Assembly: GCA_963805945.1 (NCBI GenBank)
Contig: CAWDVP010000002.1
Span: forward strand, 32,001-96,000
Reading direction: 5' to 3'
DNA: 64,000 nucleotides
Source: Vulcanimicrobiota bacterium
GTDB taxonomy: Bacteria > Vulcanimicrobiota > Vulcanimicrobiia > Eremiobacterales > Eremiobacteraceae
Positions 8,930-18,527 of the stretch are shown here, in pieces. The notes below the pieces were generated by a model. The model had not been told where the DNA came from, did no database searches, and saw only the letters and a list, made by a program, of their open reading frames with translations. Made by a program: the position numbers and the translations under genes. Within the stretch, counting starts at the first letter, position 1; the number at the start of each line of letters is the position of its first letter.

Positions 8930-10539
8930 TGCGCCGCCGAGGCGGCACGCCGACCGATGTACTGCGCGCCGATGGCGAGCAGCATGGCCAGCTCGCGCAC
9001 CCGCAGCGCTGTGCCGACCCCGAGGAACACGACGCCTGCGCACAGGATGGCCACGGCCAACGTTGTCGCGTGCTGCAGCAGCGTGCCCGCGTCGTGCCAC
9101 AGCAGACGGTGCACGGTGAGCGCGACCGCGCCCATCGCGAGCGAGGTGATGCCGACGCGCAAGATGCACGAACCGATGAGGTCGCCGCCGGCATCGACCG
9201 GACCGATGCGCACGTGTAGCAGCCAGAACAGCACCAACGCTTCGGTCAGCGACGAGATGGAGTTCGACGCGGCCAAGCCGTTGACGCCGTACGGTCCGAC
9301 GAGCAGCGCCGACAGCACGACGTTGAGCACCATCACGCTGATCGCGACGATGACCGGCGTGCGCGAATCGCGCATCGCGAAGAAGCAGCGCGTGAGCACG
9401 ATGCTCGCTGCGATGCCGAGCAGCCCCACCGCGTAGTACTGCATGGCGCCGGCGGTGCGCACCACGTCGCCCGAGGTGAACGCGCCCCGCTCGAAGAGCA
9501 CGCTGAGGATCGGCTGCGCGAGCACGATCAAACCCACCGCGGCCGGCATGGTGATGAGCGCGGTCATGCGCAAGCCGGTGGATGCTGTCTCGCGCAGCGG
9601 TGCGATCTCTTTGGTGGCGAATTGCGCGGAGAGGATCGGGAAGATGACGGTGGCGATGGCCACCGCGAACAGCTGCTGCGGGAAGCCGACCACCTTGGTC
9701 GCGTAGTTCATCGCGGCGATCGCGCCCGCCGGCAGGTGCGAGCCGAAATACTTGTCCACCAGCAGATTGACCTGGCCGACCGCCGAGCCGACGATGATGG
9801 GACCGAGGATGACGAAGAGCGCCGTGATCCCCGGATGCTTGAGGTCGAGGACGAAACGATACTTGCAGCGCCGCAGATAGCTCGGCACTTGCACGAGCAG
9901 CTGCGCCACCAGTCCCGCCGCGGTGGCGAACACCAGCGCGTAGATGCCGTACTGGCCGAAGAACAGCAGCACGCCTGCGATCGTGCACACGTTGAGCGCC
10001 ACGCCTTGGAGCGCGGCCGCGCGATAGCGCCGCTGTGCGTTGAGCAACGCCTGCAAGACGCCCGCGATCGAAGTGGCGATGATCGTCGGCATGAGGATGC
10101 GCGTCATGCGCACCGTCTCCGCTGCATGATCCGCGGGGAAGCCGTTGGCGACGATGCTCACGATCCACGGCGCGGCGAGCCAGCCGAGCGCTGCGCCGAT
10201 GGCGAGCAAGACGAACAACGTGTTGATGACCGTGCTCGACAGACGCCATGCGTCTTCTTCGCGCTTGCTCGCGAAGTACTCGCTGAAGACCGGCACGAGC
10301 GCGCTCACGAGCGCGCCGTTGAAGACGCCGAAGACGAGCGTCGGGATGATGGCGGCGACGATGAACGCGTCGAGCTCCCAGCTTTCGCCGAAGAACCCGG
10401 CATTGACGACCTCGCGTCCGAAGCCCAGCACCATGCTCGCCAATGTCGCCAGCATGACGGCGACCGTCGATGCCGTCACGCTCTGCAACGGCGGCGCGAC
10501 GGCTTGCTCGGGCGTCTGCGATGCACGCGGCAGTGCCAT
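8926..10539 (-). CDS. murJ: MurJ/MviN-family (MOP) flippase
   Basis: LGFGREVVNAGFFG, DAFIVA, GALVSALVPVF, LFERGAFT, FFAMRDSRTP; about 14 TM segments. Confidence 0.9.
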   Translation of the reverse strand: MALPRASQTPEQAVAPPLQSVTASTVAVMLATLASMVLGFGREVVNAGFFGESWELDAFIVAAIIPTLVFGVFNGALVSALVPVFSEYFASKREEDAWRLSSTVINTLFVLLAIGAALGWLAAPWIVSIVANGFPADHAAETVRMTRILMPTIIATSIAGVLQALLNAQRRYRAAALQGVALNVCTIAGVLLFFGQYGIYALVFATAAGLVAQLLVQVPSYLRRCKYRFVLDLKHPGITALFVILGPIIVGSAVGQVNLLVDKYFGSHLPAGAIAAMNYATKVVGFPQQLFAVAIATVIFPILSAQFATKEIAPLRETASTGLRMTALITMPAAVGLIVLAQPILSVLFERGAFTSGDVVRTAGAMQYYAVGLLGIAASIVLTRCFFAMRDSRTPVIVAISVMVLNVVLSALLVGPYGVNGLAASNSISSLTEALVLFWLLHVRIGPVDAGGDLIGSCILRVGITSLAMGAVALTVHRLLWHDAGTLLQHATTLAVAILCAGVVFLGVGTALRVRELAMLLAIGAQYIGRRAASAAQ

Positions 10540-10544
10540 TATCA

Positions 10545-10609
10545 CGACTTTCTCAGGTTGCGACCGGGGCGCCTACCGGCACAGGGCTTGAAAAACTTAT
10601 TGACGTATG
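10545..10609 (-). promoter_or_regulatory. Duplicated leader element copy 1 (ops/JUMPStart-like core), upstream of murJ
   Basis: 42-nt block 10568-10609 matches 13602-13643 at 39/42 positions. Same 12-nt spacer, then TGAGAA(A/G)GTCG, then 5 nt to ATG. Confidence 0.7.
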
Positions 10610-10620
10610 AAAGGTCCAGC

Positions 10621-11325
10621 ATGAGAGAGATGATCGCCGTGCTCCGCCCTTTCTTGCCCGCTGCGGTGCGCGAGCGGCTCGCCTTTTCGGAGCGAGCGAA
10701 GGCGATCATCGAGCAGCATCGAGCGCAGACGGCGGAGACGGTCAAGGCGCTCGAGCGGAAGTACTCCGCACCGGTGCTGGGCAAGGTCCAGGTCTGGGAC
10801 TTGCTCGAGCGGCTGTCGCAGTGCGTCGACCCGACGGACTCGGGCCTCTATGGCACGAGCCAGTTGGTGCACGTGCTGCAAGTGCTCGAGGCGATGGAAG
10901 ACGATGGCATCACCGATCGCGACCTGCACCTCGCGGCGCTCGTGCACGACATCGGCAAGCTGCTGCTGCTGCATGGCGAGACCCCGGACAACGTCGTCTG
11001 CATGAACACGCCGATCGGCGAATACCCCGCGGGCGTCGGCCTTGAGAACTGCGTGCTGCAGTGGAATCATGACGAGTTCGCCTATTCGCGGCTCACCGGC
11101 CACGTGCCCGACCATGTCGCGTGGCTGGTCCGCTACCACAGCGTCATGCTCGGAGAGTGCGCGCCGCTGATGAACGCGCGAGATCGGGACTGGGCGCAAC
11201 GCTACTTGGTGCCGTTCCAGAAGTACGATCAGTCGTCGAAGTCGCCGTACGAGGTTCCGCGGAAATCGCTCGCCGACTACCGAGAACTCATCGAAGAACT
11301 CTTTCCTCAACCGATCCTTTTTTGA
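10621..11325 (+). CDS. myo-Inositol oxygenase (MIOX)-family HD diiron protein, compact form
   Basis: HRAQT, VDPTD, LVH, HDIGK, GLENCVLQWNHDE, VRYHS, FQKYDQSSK, YRELIEELFP are collinear with the MIOX motifs HxxQT, VDESD, HDLGK, WGHDE, IRFHS, FNKFDLYTK. Confidence 0.8.
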   Translation: MREMIAVLRPFLPAAVRERLAFSERAKAIIEQHRAQTAETVKALERKYSAPVLGKVQVWDLLERLSQCVDPTDSGLYGTSQLVHVLQVLEAMEDDGITDRDLHLAALVHDIGKLLLLHGETPDNVVCMNTPIGEYPAGVGLENCVLQWNHDEFAYSRLTGHVPDHVAWLVRYHSVMLGECAPLMNARDRDWAQRYLVPFQKYDQSSKSPYEVPRKSLADYRELIEELFPQPILF

Positions 11326-11347
11326 AGCGCGATCTGCGTCCGGACAC

Positions 11348-12583
11348 ATGCGGACGATCGTCCTAGGCGCCGGCATGACCGGCATCGCTGCCGGGCGGAC
11401 GTCCAACGGCATCATCTACGAGTCGTGCGAGCGGCCGGGTGGGCTCTGCGCATCGTATCATATCAAGGGATACCGCTTCGAGATCGGCGGCGGGCATTGG
11501 ATCTTCGGCGGCGATCCTGCGGTCCGGCGACTGCTGCGCGGCGTGGCGCCGATGAGCAGTTACAGGCGCCGCTCGGCGGTCTATTTCTCCAAGCAGCAGC
11601 GCTATGCGCCCTACCCGCTGCAGAACAATCTTCAGTGCCTGGACCTTGCGATCGCCGAACAGGCGGCTGAGGAGATGAAGCAGGCCGCCGCCGACTGGAC
11701 CACGACCAGCCGGCGAAGACCATGAAGGACCGTCTCGAGGCGCGCTTCGGTCCGACGCTGTGCGGACTCTTCTTCCACCGCTTCAACGATCTGTACACCG
11801 CGGGGTTGTACGGCCGCATCGCGCCTCAAGATGATTACAAATCACCAGCGCGCGCTTCGAACGGCTACAACGCGAGCTTTCTCTACCCTGTCGGCGGGCT
11901 CGACGCGCTTGCTCGGCGGCTGGCGGAGCCATGTCAGGTGGAATACGGCAAGCGAGCCGTCGCCATCGACGTGGAGCGGCGCGCAGGTGAGCTTCGCGGA
12001 CGGCGACAGCGCGCGATACGATGCGCTCATCTCGACCCTTCCTCTGAACCGCACGCTCGAGCTCGCCGGCCAGAGCGTCACTGCCGTGCCGGATCCATAC
12101 ACCTCCGTCCTCGTGCTCAACATCGGCGCGACGCGCGGCCCGGCGTTTCCGGACCAGCACTGGCTCTATATCGCCGACGCCGAGCCGGGCTTCCATAGGA
12201 TCGGCTTTTACAGCAACGTCGATCGCTCGTTCGTGGCCCCAACCCACACGAGGGGCGCGTCACGCGAGAGCATGTACGTCGAGCGCGCATATCCCGGCGG
12301 CGACAAGCCGGATGCGCGAGAGATCGCGCGTTACGCGGACGCGGTCGTGGCGGAATTACGGCGCTGGGGGTTCATCGACAAGGTAGAAGTCCTGGACGCC
12401 TCGTGGATCGACGTCGCCTACACGTGGTCGTGGCCGGATTCCGCGTGGCGCCGTGATGCGCTTCGAGCGCTCGGCGGCCACGATATCTACCCTGTCGGGC
12501 GATACGGACGCTGGATCTTCCAGGGCATCGCAGATTCAATCCGCGACGGGTTGCGCGTTGGCGCTGGGCTGCAAAGCGGATGA
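11348..12583 (+). CDS. FAD-dependent oxidoreductase (PPO-like / UDP-galactopyranose-mutase-like); frameshifts near 11720 and 11980
   Basis: GAGMTG, PGGLCASY, FEIGGGHWIF, FLYPVGG, ISTLPL and GRYGRW are distributed across three consecutive ORFs. Confidence 0.75.
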
Positions 12584-13573
12584 GGCGAATTGTTCGGCCG
12601 CCGGCGGCCGCGCCATCGTGGGCCGGCGCGTCAACCCCGCGATGACTCCCTTCACGATGCCTCGCCAGGGACTTGGTCCGCCGCCGCGTCGCCGGGCCAA
12701 ATACCCGAAGAACAGGACCGCATGATAGATGACGAAAGCGAACTTCTCGCGGACGCTGAGCGCTCGGCTATACAGCAACAGCCAGACATAATTGCGCGCG
12801 GAGAACGAGAATCTGCCCGGCAAAGCGAGCCGCTCGTCGTCCTGCCGCGTCGTGTGGCAGACGACGCTGTCCGGCACGAGCAGCCCTTGCTCGCGCCTGA
12901 GGATGCGCGACGTGTACTCAAAATCGTCGGCCAGGATGAAATAGTCGGCGACGGGGTATCCGTAGAGCGTGACCGCACGACGCGCGATCAGCGCCGAGAC
13001 GAACGTGCACGCGCGGATGCTCTCGTACCCGAGCGCTTCGATCGTGGCGGCGTGTCGCGGATCCGGGTCCCGCTTGTGGATCACGCCCGTGCGGGGGTGC
13101 GGCTGACCGTCGATCCACGTGACGTGACTCGCGAGGAGCATAGGCTTGTCGGACGACGGCATGCGCTCGTGAGCCGTCAGCAACGCTTCAAGAGCGGTGT
13201 CGGCGGCGATGGCATCGTCGTCCATCAGCCATAGCCAGTCGAAACCGTCAGCGTACGCCCGCTCGATCCCCAGAGAGAACCCGCCGGCGCCTCCCAGGTT
13301 CTCGCGCGGCGTTAGGTATGTCAGCGGAACGCCGTGCGATGCGGTCTGGTGCGGCGTATTCGGCGTCTCGGTACCGCCCGCGTGATTGTCGACGACGTAG
13401 ACACGATCGACCTTGCGCGATTGCCTGTGCAAAGCGGCGAGGCATTCCCGCAGTTCCTCGGGCCGGTCGTACGTCACGACGATCGCAGCGACCGTGGCCG
13501 GAGCCTCGGACTCGCGCTGCACGTGCGACGGCGCGGCCGGTTCAGACGGCCGCGACGCTAAGGGCAATCCCAT
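12536..13573 (-). CDS. GT2 glycosyltransferase (rhamnosyl/galactofuranosyl transferase-like)
   Basis: IVVTYDR, VVDN, NLGGAGGFSLG, WLWLMDDD, YFILADDFEY. Confidence 0.88.
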   Translation of the reverse strand: MGLPLASRPSEPAAPSHVQRESEAPATVAAIVVTYDRPEELRECLAALHRQSRKVDRVYVVDNHAGGTETPNTPHQTASHGVPLTYLTPRENLGGAGGFSLGIERAYADGFDWLWLMDDDAIAADTALEALLTAHERMPSSDKPMLLASHVTWIDGQPHPRTGVIHKRDPDPRHAATIEALGYESIRACTFVSALIARRAVTLYGYPVADYFILADDFEYTSRILRREQGLLVPDSVVCHTTRQDDERLALPGRFSFSARNYVWLLLYSRALSVREKFAFVIYHAVLFFGYLARRRGGGPSPWRGIVKGVIAGLTRRPTMARPPAAEQFASSALQPSANAQPVAD

Positions 13574-13578
13574 CGCGG

Positions 13579-13643
13579 CGACCTTCTCATCTCACATCCA
13601 TGGCGCCTACCGGCACAGGGCTTGAAAAAGTTGTTGCCGTATG
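13579..13643 (-). promoter_or_regulatory. Duplicated leader element copy 2, upstream of the GT2 starting at 13573
   Basis: Near-identical to the 10545-10609 element and at the same distance from a minus-strand ATG. Confidence 0.7.
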
Positions 13644-14767
13644 CTGGAGCGGGGACCGCCGAGAGGAGCGCTCTGACCACACCCCTTCGTTTCGCCGTCG
13701 TGATACCGGTGGCTCGGTATCACCCGCGTCTCGACCGATGTCTGCAGGCATGCGCGCGTCTCACCTACGAGCCGCGGACGATCGCGGTCGTCTCGGACGT
13801 GCCGATGACGCTGCCCGACGATCCGCACTTCGTGAACGTGGTCACCAACGCAGGCTGTCTCACGAGTCCTGGGGCGAAGCGCGACGCCGTGGGTGCGGCG
13901 ATCCCGGATGTCGGCGTGTATGCGTATCTGGACGACGATGCATACCCGCCGCCGGACTGGCTGGAGAACGGGGCGCAGGTGCTCGCCGAGTCCCCACAGG
14001 CCGCGGGCGCAGGTGGGCCAGGCTTGGCCGCAGACGATCAAACCTTTTGGGAACAGGTCAGCGCCGCGGTCCTGGCATCGCCCGCCGGAAGCGGCCCGCT
14101 CCACTTCCGCTTCTGGCCCGATCCACCGCGGGATTGCGATGATTATCCGGCCTACGCCCTCTTCATCCGCCGCCATCGGCTGGACGCTGCCGGCGGGTGG
14201 GCGACCGATTGGTACGGCGGCGAGGACAGCGCCCTGTGCGCTCGCCTCGCCGCTCGCGGCGGCCTCATCCGATACGATCCGCGGCTCGCGGTGTGGCACT
14301 ACCGCCGGCGGCTCGCGCCCGAGCACGCGTGGCAGGTGTGGAACGTCGGCCGCTCGCGAGGCTGCCTGATCCGTGCGGGCGACCCGTGCTCTCGTCGCTG
14401 GATGTTCGGCGGCCCGCTGTGCGTCACGCTCGCAGTCATCGCGGCGTTGATCGCTGCATTCGTTCTCGCGATGCCGGCGCCAGCGCTCGCGGCCGCCGGT
14501 CTAGCGGCATATCTCGGACTTGCGCTGTTCGGACTTCCGGGGCGCCTGCCATTGGCGGTCCGGATGATCGTGCCGCTCGCGCTCCTCGTCCACCACGGAT
14601 CCTACGCCGCCGGTATGGTCGTCGGCTTGCTCACCGGCGAGCGGCTGACGCGTGGGAGCGGTGAATCAGCTGATGTGACCCTTCGTCGATTCGGATACCT
14701 GCCAGATCGCGCCGTTCAGGGGAGCGGACCTCATGCTCGACCAGCAATAGGTGAAGGCCCAGCATAA
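13622..14767 (+). CDS. GT2 glycosyltransferase with C-terminal TM helices (true start probably downstream, ~13700)
   Basis: VVIPV, AYLDDDAYP, GGEDSALC, VWHYRR, hydrophobic C-terminus. Confidence 0.82.
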   Translation: MKKLLPYAGAGTAERSALTTPLRFAVVIPVARYHPRLDRCLQACARLTYEPRTIAVVSDVPMTLPDDPHFVNVVTNAGCLTSPGAKRDAVGAAIPDVGVYAYLDDDAYPPPDWLENGAQVLAESPQAAGAGGPGLAADDQTFWEQVSAAVLASPAGSGPLHFRFWPDPPRDCDDYPAYALFIRRHRLDAAGGWATDWYGGEDSALCARLAARGGLIRYDPRLAVWHYRRRLAPEHAWQVWNVGRSRGCLIRAGDPCSRRWMFGGPLCVTLAVIAALIAAFVLAMPAPALAAAGLAAYLGLALFGLPGRLPLAVRMIVPLALLVHHGSYAAGMVVGLLTGERLTRGSGESADVTLRRFGYLPDRAVQGSGPHARPAIGEGPA

Positions 14768-15532
14768 AGCGCCCGCGGGTCGTCGGGGTGCGGTCGCGGC
14801 GACGGCCCACAGCACAGCGCCCAACGGCGCCCGCCGGATGCCGTAGAGGCGTTCCAACTGGCGTTCGCCTTCGAGCACCCGCCGCGAGTGCCGCCAGTAG
14901 TCCTCGAAGGTGGATGACATCTTGATCCGACATCGCGCTTCGGGCACGAACACCGCACGGACGCCGTCGCGCACGATGCTCGCGGCGATATAGTGATCGT
15001 CATTGATGATGCCGCTCGGGATCTCCAACGCTTTGAGCGGCGCGCTCGCGAACGCAACGAGATTACCCACGGCGTAGTGCTGTCGGTGAGGTCCGGCCTT
15101 CAGCCGCTGGACCACCGCCAGCGCAAACGCCGCGGACAAGGCCGGAACCGTGCGGCGCTCGAGCTTCGTCACGTTGGCTCCGATCGCGATCGTCGCTCCC
15201 GCCGCCACGGCGTCGACAAGTCGCTCGATCGCATGCGCTTCGACGGCGGTGTCCGCGTTGATCCGGACGATGGCGTCGCCCGTCGCCTCCGCGATCAGCC
15301 GTCGAACGATCGCGGCGAGGCCGTCTCGCCGTGTGGCATGAAAGACGCGGATGGCCGGGTAGCGCCGGGCGGCCCGTTCGGCGATGTCAGCCGTCGCGTC
15401 GGTCGAGCAATCGTCGTAGACGAGCACCTCCGCGAGACGATGACGTCCGTATCCGCTGGCGCAGATGGACTCGAGCAGCGGGCCGATCGAGCCCTCCTCA
15501 TTGAACGCGGCGATAAGGACGCTTATATCCAT
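14666..15532 (-). CDS. GT2 glycosyltransferase
   Basis: ISVLIAAFNEE, YDDCSTDAT, INAD, INDD. Confidence 0.85.
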   Translation of the reverse strand: MDISVLIAAFNEEGSIGPLLESICASGYGRHRLAEVLVYDDCSTDATADIAERAARRYPAIRVFHATRRDGLAAIVRRLIAEATGDAIVRINADTAVEAHAIERLVDAVAAGATIAIGANVTKLERRTVPALSAAFALAVVQRLKAGPHRQHYAVGNLVAFASAPLKALEIPSGIINDDHYIAASIVRDGVRAVFVPEARCRIKMSSTFEDYWRHSRRVLEGERQLERLYGIRRAPLGAVLWAVAATAPRRPAGALCWAFTYCWSSMRSAPLNGAIWQVSESTKGHIS

Positions 15533-15621
15533 GTGCCGTCATCCTGTTGGCGCTCGCCTGGCGAGACACTTGCTCGCCCGCGGGGGCGGGCGTCCTGGCG
15601 CCGCGCGTTGAAGAGCTCGGC

Positions 15622-16533
15622 GTGAGCCTCCGGGGCAAGATCAGCGTCGTCATGCCGGCGTTCAACGAAGCTGAGAACATCGAGAAGAACCTGCGCGAGA
15701 CGGTCGACACGTTGCGCGGGCTCGGCTACGATTTCGAAGTCATCGTCGTGGACGACGGCAGTCCCGACAACACGTGGCTCGCCGCGAGCGCGTCGCTGTT
15801 CGACCACGAGCCCAACGTCCGGGTGTTGCGCTACGATCGCAACGAGGGCAAGGGCAACGCGGTGATGCGCGGGACCGCGGTCGCGACCGGCGACTACATC
15901 GTCTTCCTCGACGCCGACATGGACCTCCACCCGTCGCAGTTGCCGACCTTCTTCGAGATCATGGACCGCGAGCGCGCCGACGTCGTCATCGGCAGCAAGC
16001 TGCATCCAGGCTCGAACGTCAACTACCCGCTGTCGCGCAGGATCGCCACCATGGGCTACTACTCGCTCGTGTGGGCCTTCTTCGGCCTGCCGCTGCGCGA
16101 TACGCAGACCGGGCTGAAACTGTTCAAAGCCCCGGTGCTGCGACGCGTCTTCCCAAAGGTGCTCGTCAAGCGTTTCGCCGCGGATATCGAGGTGCTCGCG
16201 GTCGCGCATTCGCTGGGCTATAAGATCTGCGAAGCGCCGGTGACATTGCATTTCCAGCGTTCGTTCGGGAGGATCCGGATGAAGGACATCTTCGCCATCT
16301 TCCAAGACACGCTGGCGATCTTCTACCGCCTCAAGATCCTGCGCTACTACGACTCGATCAGCGAAGAGTGGCCCGCCCCGCAACAGAAGATGACAGAACT
16401 CGTCGGCAGCAAGCCGGCGGTCGATGAGCCGCTAGAGCCGCAGCTCCGGACGCAGCGTCTTCAAGGCGCGGACGAAATCAGCGTAGGTCGTATCCCAATC
16501 GTGATGCGCCGCATCCACGCGAGCGCGCTCTGA
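15622..16533 (+). CDS. GT2 polyprenol-phosphate glycosyltransferase (DPM/DPG synthase-like)
   Basis: SVVMPAFNE, VVDDGSPD, NEGKGNAV, FLDADMD, DTQTGLKLF, RFAADIE. Confidence 0.88.
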   Translation: MSLRGKISVVMPAFNEAENIEKNLRETVDTLRGLGYDFEVIVVDDGSPDNTWLAASASLFDHEPNVRVLRYDRNEGKGNAVMRGTAVATGDYIVFLDADMDLHPSQLPTFFEIMDRERADVVIGSKLHPGSNVNYPLSRRIATMGYYSLVWAFFGLPLRDTQTGLKLFKAPVLRRVFPKVLVKRFAADIEVLAVAHSLGYKICEAPVTLHFQRSFGRIRMKDIFAIFQDTLAIFYRLKILRYYDSISEEWPAPQQKMTELVGSKPAVDEPLEPQLRTQRLQGADEISVGRIPIVMRRIHASAL

Positions 16534-17538
16534 CATCGCGGCGAGCGCGGTTGGGTCCTCCAGCGCATCCGCCACCGCCGCGCCGAGGGCAGCCGGATCA
16601 CCCGCTCGTGTGAGAATCCCCTGCCCGGGCTTGATGCTGTCTCGCAGCCCCGGCACGTCGTAGCCGGCGGCGGGTGTGCCGGCTGAGTTCGCCTCGGTAA
16701 CGACGAGCCCCCAACCCTCGCGCACGGAGGTGAGGATGAGCATGTGCGCGGCCGCCATGCGCTGCTGGCGTTCCGCCTCTGTGACCCTGCCGAGGAATCG
16801 GACCCCACCCACTTTGTCGGCGATCTCGACGAGACGCTGCTGATAGCTTTGGTCCTCTGCACGCCCGATGATCCAGAGCTCTGCGTCCGGCTGGCGCGAC
16901 CGCACCACCGAGAAAGCGGCGATGGCGTGTTCGACGCGTTTCGACGGCGTGAGCCGGCCGACGAACGCCAGCGCCGGTGCCCGGCTCTTGGGCGACCCGC
17001 TCGCGATCCCATCGGCGGGCGCAGATATCGGCATGCTGATGACCTCGATCGCGCCGCGCCAGCCGAACTCACGCAGGTCGCGCTTCGAGGATTCGGAGAT
17101 CGTGATCGCCGGCGTCGTGCGGTACAAAGAGTGATAGAGCCGCTCGGAGACGACGCCTAGTCCGGCGAGCGCTCTCGGCGCTTCGTACCACCACACGTCG
17201 CGAGCGAGCTGCGGCACGAGAGCCACCGCGCGCTCGCGCTCGTAGAGCGGGGTGAAGAACGGGATGGTGTTGATGTGGTCGATGAGCAGATCGTACGGCG
17301 GCCGCTCGCGCTGCAGCCAATCGTATGCCGCACGATACACGCCGTAGCGTCCACCGCGCCGAACGTGCCGAACGCCGTCGATCACTTCGTCGTCTGGTTG
17401 TCCTGTAACGCGTGCGGAGAAGAAAACGACGTCGTGCCCGGCCAGCGCGAGCCGCTGCGCCAAGCCTTGCGCGAGGACCTCCGCACCGCCGCTGCGCGGG
17501 TGAGCGAGGTCGCGCCACGCCAGGAATATCGCTCGCAT
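16432..17538 (-). CDS. GT4 glycosyltransferase
   Basis: WRDLAHPRSGGAE, FVGRLTPSK, EGWGLVVTEA, YDVPGLRDSI. Confidence 0.9.
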   Translation of the reverse strand: MRAIFLAWRDLAHPRSGGAEVLAQGLAQRLALAGHDVVFFSARVTGQPDDEVIDGVRHVRRGGRYGVYRAAYDWLQRERPPYDLLIDHINTIPFFTPLYERERAVALVPQLARDVWWYEAPRALAGLGVVSERLYHSLYRTTPAITISESSKRDLREFGWRGAIEVISMPISAPADGIASGSPKSRAPALAFVGRLTPSKRVEHAIAAFSVVRSRQPDAELWIIGRAEDQSYQQRLVEIADKVGGVRFLGRVTEAERQQRMAAAHMLILTSVREGWGLVVTEANSAGTPAAGYDVPGLRDSIKPGQGILTRAGDPAALGAAVADALEDPTALAAMSERARVDAAHHDWDTTYADFVRALKTLRPELRL

Positions 17539-17551
17539 CGAATCGTCGCCG

Positions 17552-18382
17552 CTACGATGTTCCCGATCGGTAGATCGAGTCCGGTGTCGCCGGCGCAGCG
17601 CCGAGCATGCCTATGGCGCCGCCAAAGAATTCTGTTGACTTCATGATCGCCATGCCGCCGGTGAGGACCGGGTGGGCCAACATGCGCCCCGCGCCGCGCA
17701 GCAGCGACCATCGCAGCGGGCTGATCCGCTTGAGCGCCTCTGCGCCGTGCTTGCGCACGAACGCCGGCATGCTGCGGCCGTAGTAGTACTTCTTGAGAAA
17801 GAGGTTGCGCAGCGTCTGCCTTCCTTCATCATGCAGGATCCGTGCAGCCGCGAACGCGACGCCGTCGACCCCCGCGGCGCGCATCGACAGATCCCAGTCC
17901 TCCGGCCCGGTGAGCGATTCGTCGTAGCCGCCGAGCGCGAGCACCCGATCGCGCCGGAAGAAACGCGCGGCCGAGACGAGCGCGTCATCTCCATAGAACG
18001 ATCGCTCGAAGGTTTTGCACGCGGACCAGAACCCTTCGCCGAACGACGTCTCGGGAATGACGATAGCGCTTGCGCCGGCGCGGGCCGCGTCAACGGCCGC
18101 GCTCACGACGTTGGGTTCGAGCACCATGTCGGCGTCGAGGATCATGACGTACTCGCCGCGGGCCGCGCGTACTCCCGCGTTGCGCTGTGCCGATCGTTCC
18201 GGCCCAGCATCGATGACGAGGTCGGCGAGGCGTTGCGCGATCTCCGGCGTCGCGTCGGTGGAGCGATTGTCCACGACGATGATCTCCACAGGCGAACGGT
18301 CTTGCCGGCGCGCGCTGTCCAAGCACGCTGCGAGCGTCCGTTCGGAGTTCTTCGTCGTCACGATCAGCGAAACGAGCGCCAA
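17552..18382 (-). CDS. GT2 glycosyltransferase
   Basis: VSLIVTTKN, VVDNRSTDAT, GPERSAQRNAG, LDADM, GPEDWD. GGGAGA SD before TTG. Confidence 0.88.
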   Translation of the reverse strand: MALVSLIVTTKNSERTLAACLDSARRQDRSPVEIIVVDNRSTDATPEIAQRLADLVIDAGPERSAQRNAGVRAARGEYVMILDADMVLEPNVVSAAVDAARAGASAIVIPETSFGEGFWSACKTFERSFYGDDALVSAARFFRRDRVLALGGYDESLTGPEDWDLSMRAAGVDGVAFAAARILHDEGRQTLRNLFLKKYYYGRSMPAFVRKHGAEALKRISPLRWSLLRGAGRMLAHPVLTGGMAIMKSTEFFGGAIGMLGAAPATPDSIYRSGTS

Positions 18383-18527
18383 GGCGATCTCCCAAAGCAC
18401 GGTCGTTTCAGAAGTTGACTCTGCGCCGAGCGGTACCTTCTCGACGCTGGACGAGCGGTCGGCTTTCGTCGCATCTGACCGCACGCCGGTGTGCGGGGTC
18501 GCCGCCATCCTTTCAGGAATGTCGGCA

